From Octopus sinensis (Eukaryota), in contig NC_043013.1 in assembly GCF_006345805.1 (NCBI RefSeq), forward strand, positions 3,782,001 to 3,846,000: DNA of 64,000 nucleotides. Reading direction: 5' to 3'. Positions 61,388-64,000 of the stretch are shown here, piece after piece. A program made the translations under genes and the position numbers. The notes under the pieces were generated by a model, which was given only the letters and a program-made list of their open reading frames with translations, searched no databases and was not told where the DNA came from. The number at the start of each line of letters is the position of its first letter. The first letter of the stretch is position 1.

Positions 61388-62794
61388 ATTTCAGCAGTTT
61401 ACCATTTATCATAATACTTCACTTAACAATGATTTCTAACTTTAGAAATAGCGATGTTCGTTTACCGCTGAGTCTGAAGAGAAAGAGCGGCGTTTATACT
61501 TCATTTCAGAAGCCCCGAGATTGTGGGAAATGAACGGAGAGCTGACCTTACATAGATGGCCTGGTGGTCTGAATGCTTGTGTCAGAACAGAATCCTCTAA
61601 AGGCATTCAAGAGTTAGGCGATGGCTTTTAACCGGGAGACCTTACAAATCAACAGAAATACATGATTACCATGTATTTTTTGACTATAAATGGATGGAAA
61701 CAATGTGAACATCATTGGGTTTGAATTCAGATTTATAGAAGCAGAACAGAAATGTATTTTAGTTTTCTAACATTTTTGCCACAGTATTAAAACAGGAATG
61801 ATATACGAATTAATGTAGTGTTAGATAAACAGTATGTGTGACTAAAAGATGGAATGATGACATGTGGAATGTCTTTGAAAATAGGTCTGGTTTGTCTGGG
61901 CAGCTGAGACTAAAGAATAACATGTTGATTTCACAATAGAGTTAAGATATTTGTATTTATTACGCATTTATGTGTATATTCAAGAATGCGTGTATGTGTG
62001 TATATATGTTTGTCTTTTCGTTTATTTTATTCATTTAAAACATTTTATCATGTTTTATCATCTTTACCCTTGCACAAATTGATTCAAGCTGTGGAATGTA
62101 AGTTGGTCGATTCAGTCCATTATAAGAGAATCCCATATTTTCTAGATAATTGTGTAAACATTGTGTTACATAAGATGGTACATAAATGAATGAGTGTGAA
62201 TGAGCACCTGTAATCAGGGTTAGTGTAGTTCTATGCAATGAAGCTTAAGGGTATGTGTACCTGTGATCAGGGTACATAACTTACGGCTATGAATATAAAT
62301 AAGAAACTATAATTAAAGTAAATAGTTGTAAGATGAAATTGCGCATATCTACGTATATTTCTACTGATGTAAGAATAAATGTGTGTGCATAAATGCTGCT
62401 TTGTGTGAACAGTAGAGTGGGTAATTGTTCAACAGATCTGTTGTGAAGTGCTGTATTCAATAAGGGTAAGTTTTCGAATCCTAGATTGGCATTCACTTTC
62501 AAAGGTGAACTGATGGCTTTACCCGTTGGAGCTAGCATCTTTTGCCAAGTCATGTGATATGCAACCATCTCAAATGAAAAACACGTTAGGCATTGTAGTC
62601 CCAGGTAGACTGAGGGAAAGAGATGTCGAGAAAGAGGAGAGAGAGAGAGAGTAGTATAGAGAAGAGAGATAAGAATGGTTATAGAAACAGGTAAATGCAC
62701 AGAGAATGAAAGAAGTTCTGAAGTAGCTAGAGAGAAAGAAATGCGACCTGAGTGAATATTAGAAAGAAACCGTGTGTGTGCGCGTGTTTATATA

Positions 62795-62878
<84 letters not shown>

Positions 62879-62981
62879 GTCTGTCTGTCTGTCTGTCCGT
62901 CCGTCCGTCCGTCCGTCCGTCCGTCCGTCTGTCTGTCTATCTATCTCTATCTCTATCTATCTATCTATCTATCTATCTGTA

Positions 62982-63027
<46 letters not shown>

Positions 63028-63069
63028 CCTATCCATCCATCCATCCATCCATCCATCCATCTATCTATC

Positions 63070-64000
63070 TATGGCGGTAGTGGCACCGCGGTACTTTTTC
63101 ACAAGAGTCTGGATCTCAAAGTAAGGACAATATTCGTAGACCCGGAGGGTAGACTGGTCGTCCTGGATGTCGACGGCAGCAATGGGTGCGCTTTTCGACT
63201 CGTATCAGTCTACGCACCGCCCTTAACAGGTCGGGCGGATTTCTTTCAACGTCTAGAAGTATTCTTGGAACGTCTCGTCCTTTACTCTTAGTGGGGGATT
63301 GGAATGCTACCTTGGACACGCATGTAGACTACGGGGTAGAGATAGGAATAGAGGGGATGCAAATGCCTCAGAGACCTGCTCAGACGCTTTCAACTGTCTG
63401 ACAGGTTCCGACTAGACCACCCGAATGCGCCAACGTGGACATGGAGCAACCGCATCGGGTCGTCGAGATCGTATCTAGATAGGATACTGTGTAGGACAGT
63501 AGACAGAGATAGCATAGGATGTCCACAATTCCACATAGTCAGCTACACGGATCACAAACTTGTGACATGTACGCTAGACTTAGGTAAGACACTTAGGCAG
63601 GGTCCCGGATACTGGAAACTAAACGCGTCTTTCCCATCGAGACAGGTTTTCAGAGACCGGATTAGCACACTAGTAAAGAGGGCTTTGACGGGAGCCATCT
63701 ACAACAACAATTGGTGGTTTGCCCTCAAGAGAGCAGTAAAAGCAGAAGCGATTAGGTACAGCAAAGCACTAGCTATAGATAGAAATAGAGTAGAGGGTGA
63801 GCTAGTTAAGAAGCTAGAAGAGGCAATTAGAAGCGGCATCGCATCCGACGTTTTGGCGGCGAGGTTGGCCCTCGACCAACACTTCAACGCCAAACACGAA
63901 GAATGTGCTGTCAGAGCTAGGATGCGTGCTCTAAGGAACGAAGGTGTTGGAGCCGCGAGAGAGGCCCGGGTGGCAGAGGCGCAACAGGGCAACAAAGCCA
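63070..64000 (+). pseudogene. Tx1/L1-like LINE ORF2 endonuclease region, least decayed copy, runs off the window end
   Basis: GGSGTAVLFHKSLDLKVRTIFVDPEGRLVVLDV...FRLVSVYAP; LLVGDWNA; WTWSNR...SRSYLDRI; YTDHKLV; GPGYWKLNASF; two or more frameshifts. Confidence 0.9.

Overview
Eukaryotic, AT-rich, microsatellite-saturated DNA with the repeat make-up of a coleoid cephalopod, most likely an Octopus species (inferred from composition and repeat types, not proven). The only host gene I can support is hedgehog (hh) on the minus strand. Its terminal coding exon (45885-45194) encodes the end of Hh-N, the GG|CF autoprocessing site, the Hint domain and the sterol-recognition region. I could not find the upstream exons in the remaining 18 kb, so 45886-64000 appears to be one long intron. 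Almost everything else is decayed mobile DNA: Tx1/L1-like, RTE, CR1 and restriction-like-endonuclease (R4/Dong-like) LINEs, Penelope-like elements (PLEs), several tRNA-derived SINE families, Tc1/mariner relics (DD34D-type, DD34E-type, DD36E, DD37D) and a MITE with 8-bp TSDs, often nested. Most ORFs in the supplied track are microsatellite artefacts. The most striking non-obvious signal is a set of hammerhead-ribozyme-like (HHR) motifs in short stubs beside microsatellites and PLE relics. One is a near-perfect fold-back at 43165-43329 carrying a complete minimal type I hammerhead fold (U4C core variant) on each strand, about 1.9 kb past the hh stop. Another lies just downstream of a tRNA-like segment at a PLE 3' end (29157-29343). 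All coordinates were read by eye; relic boundaries are approximate and family names need database confirmation.
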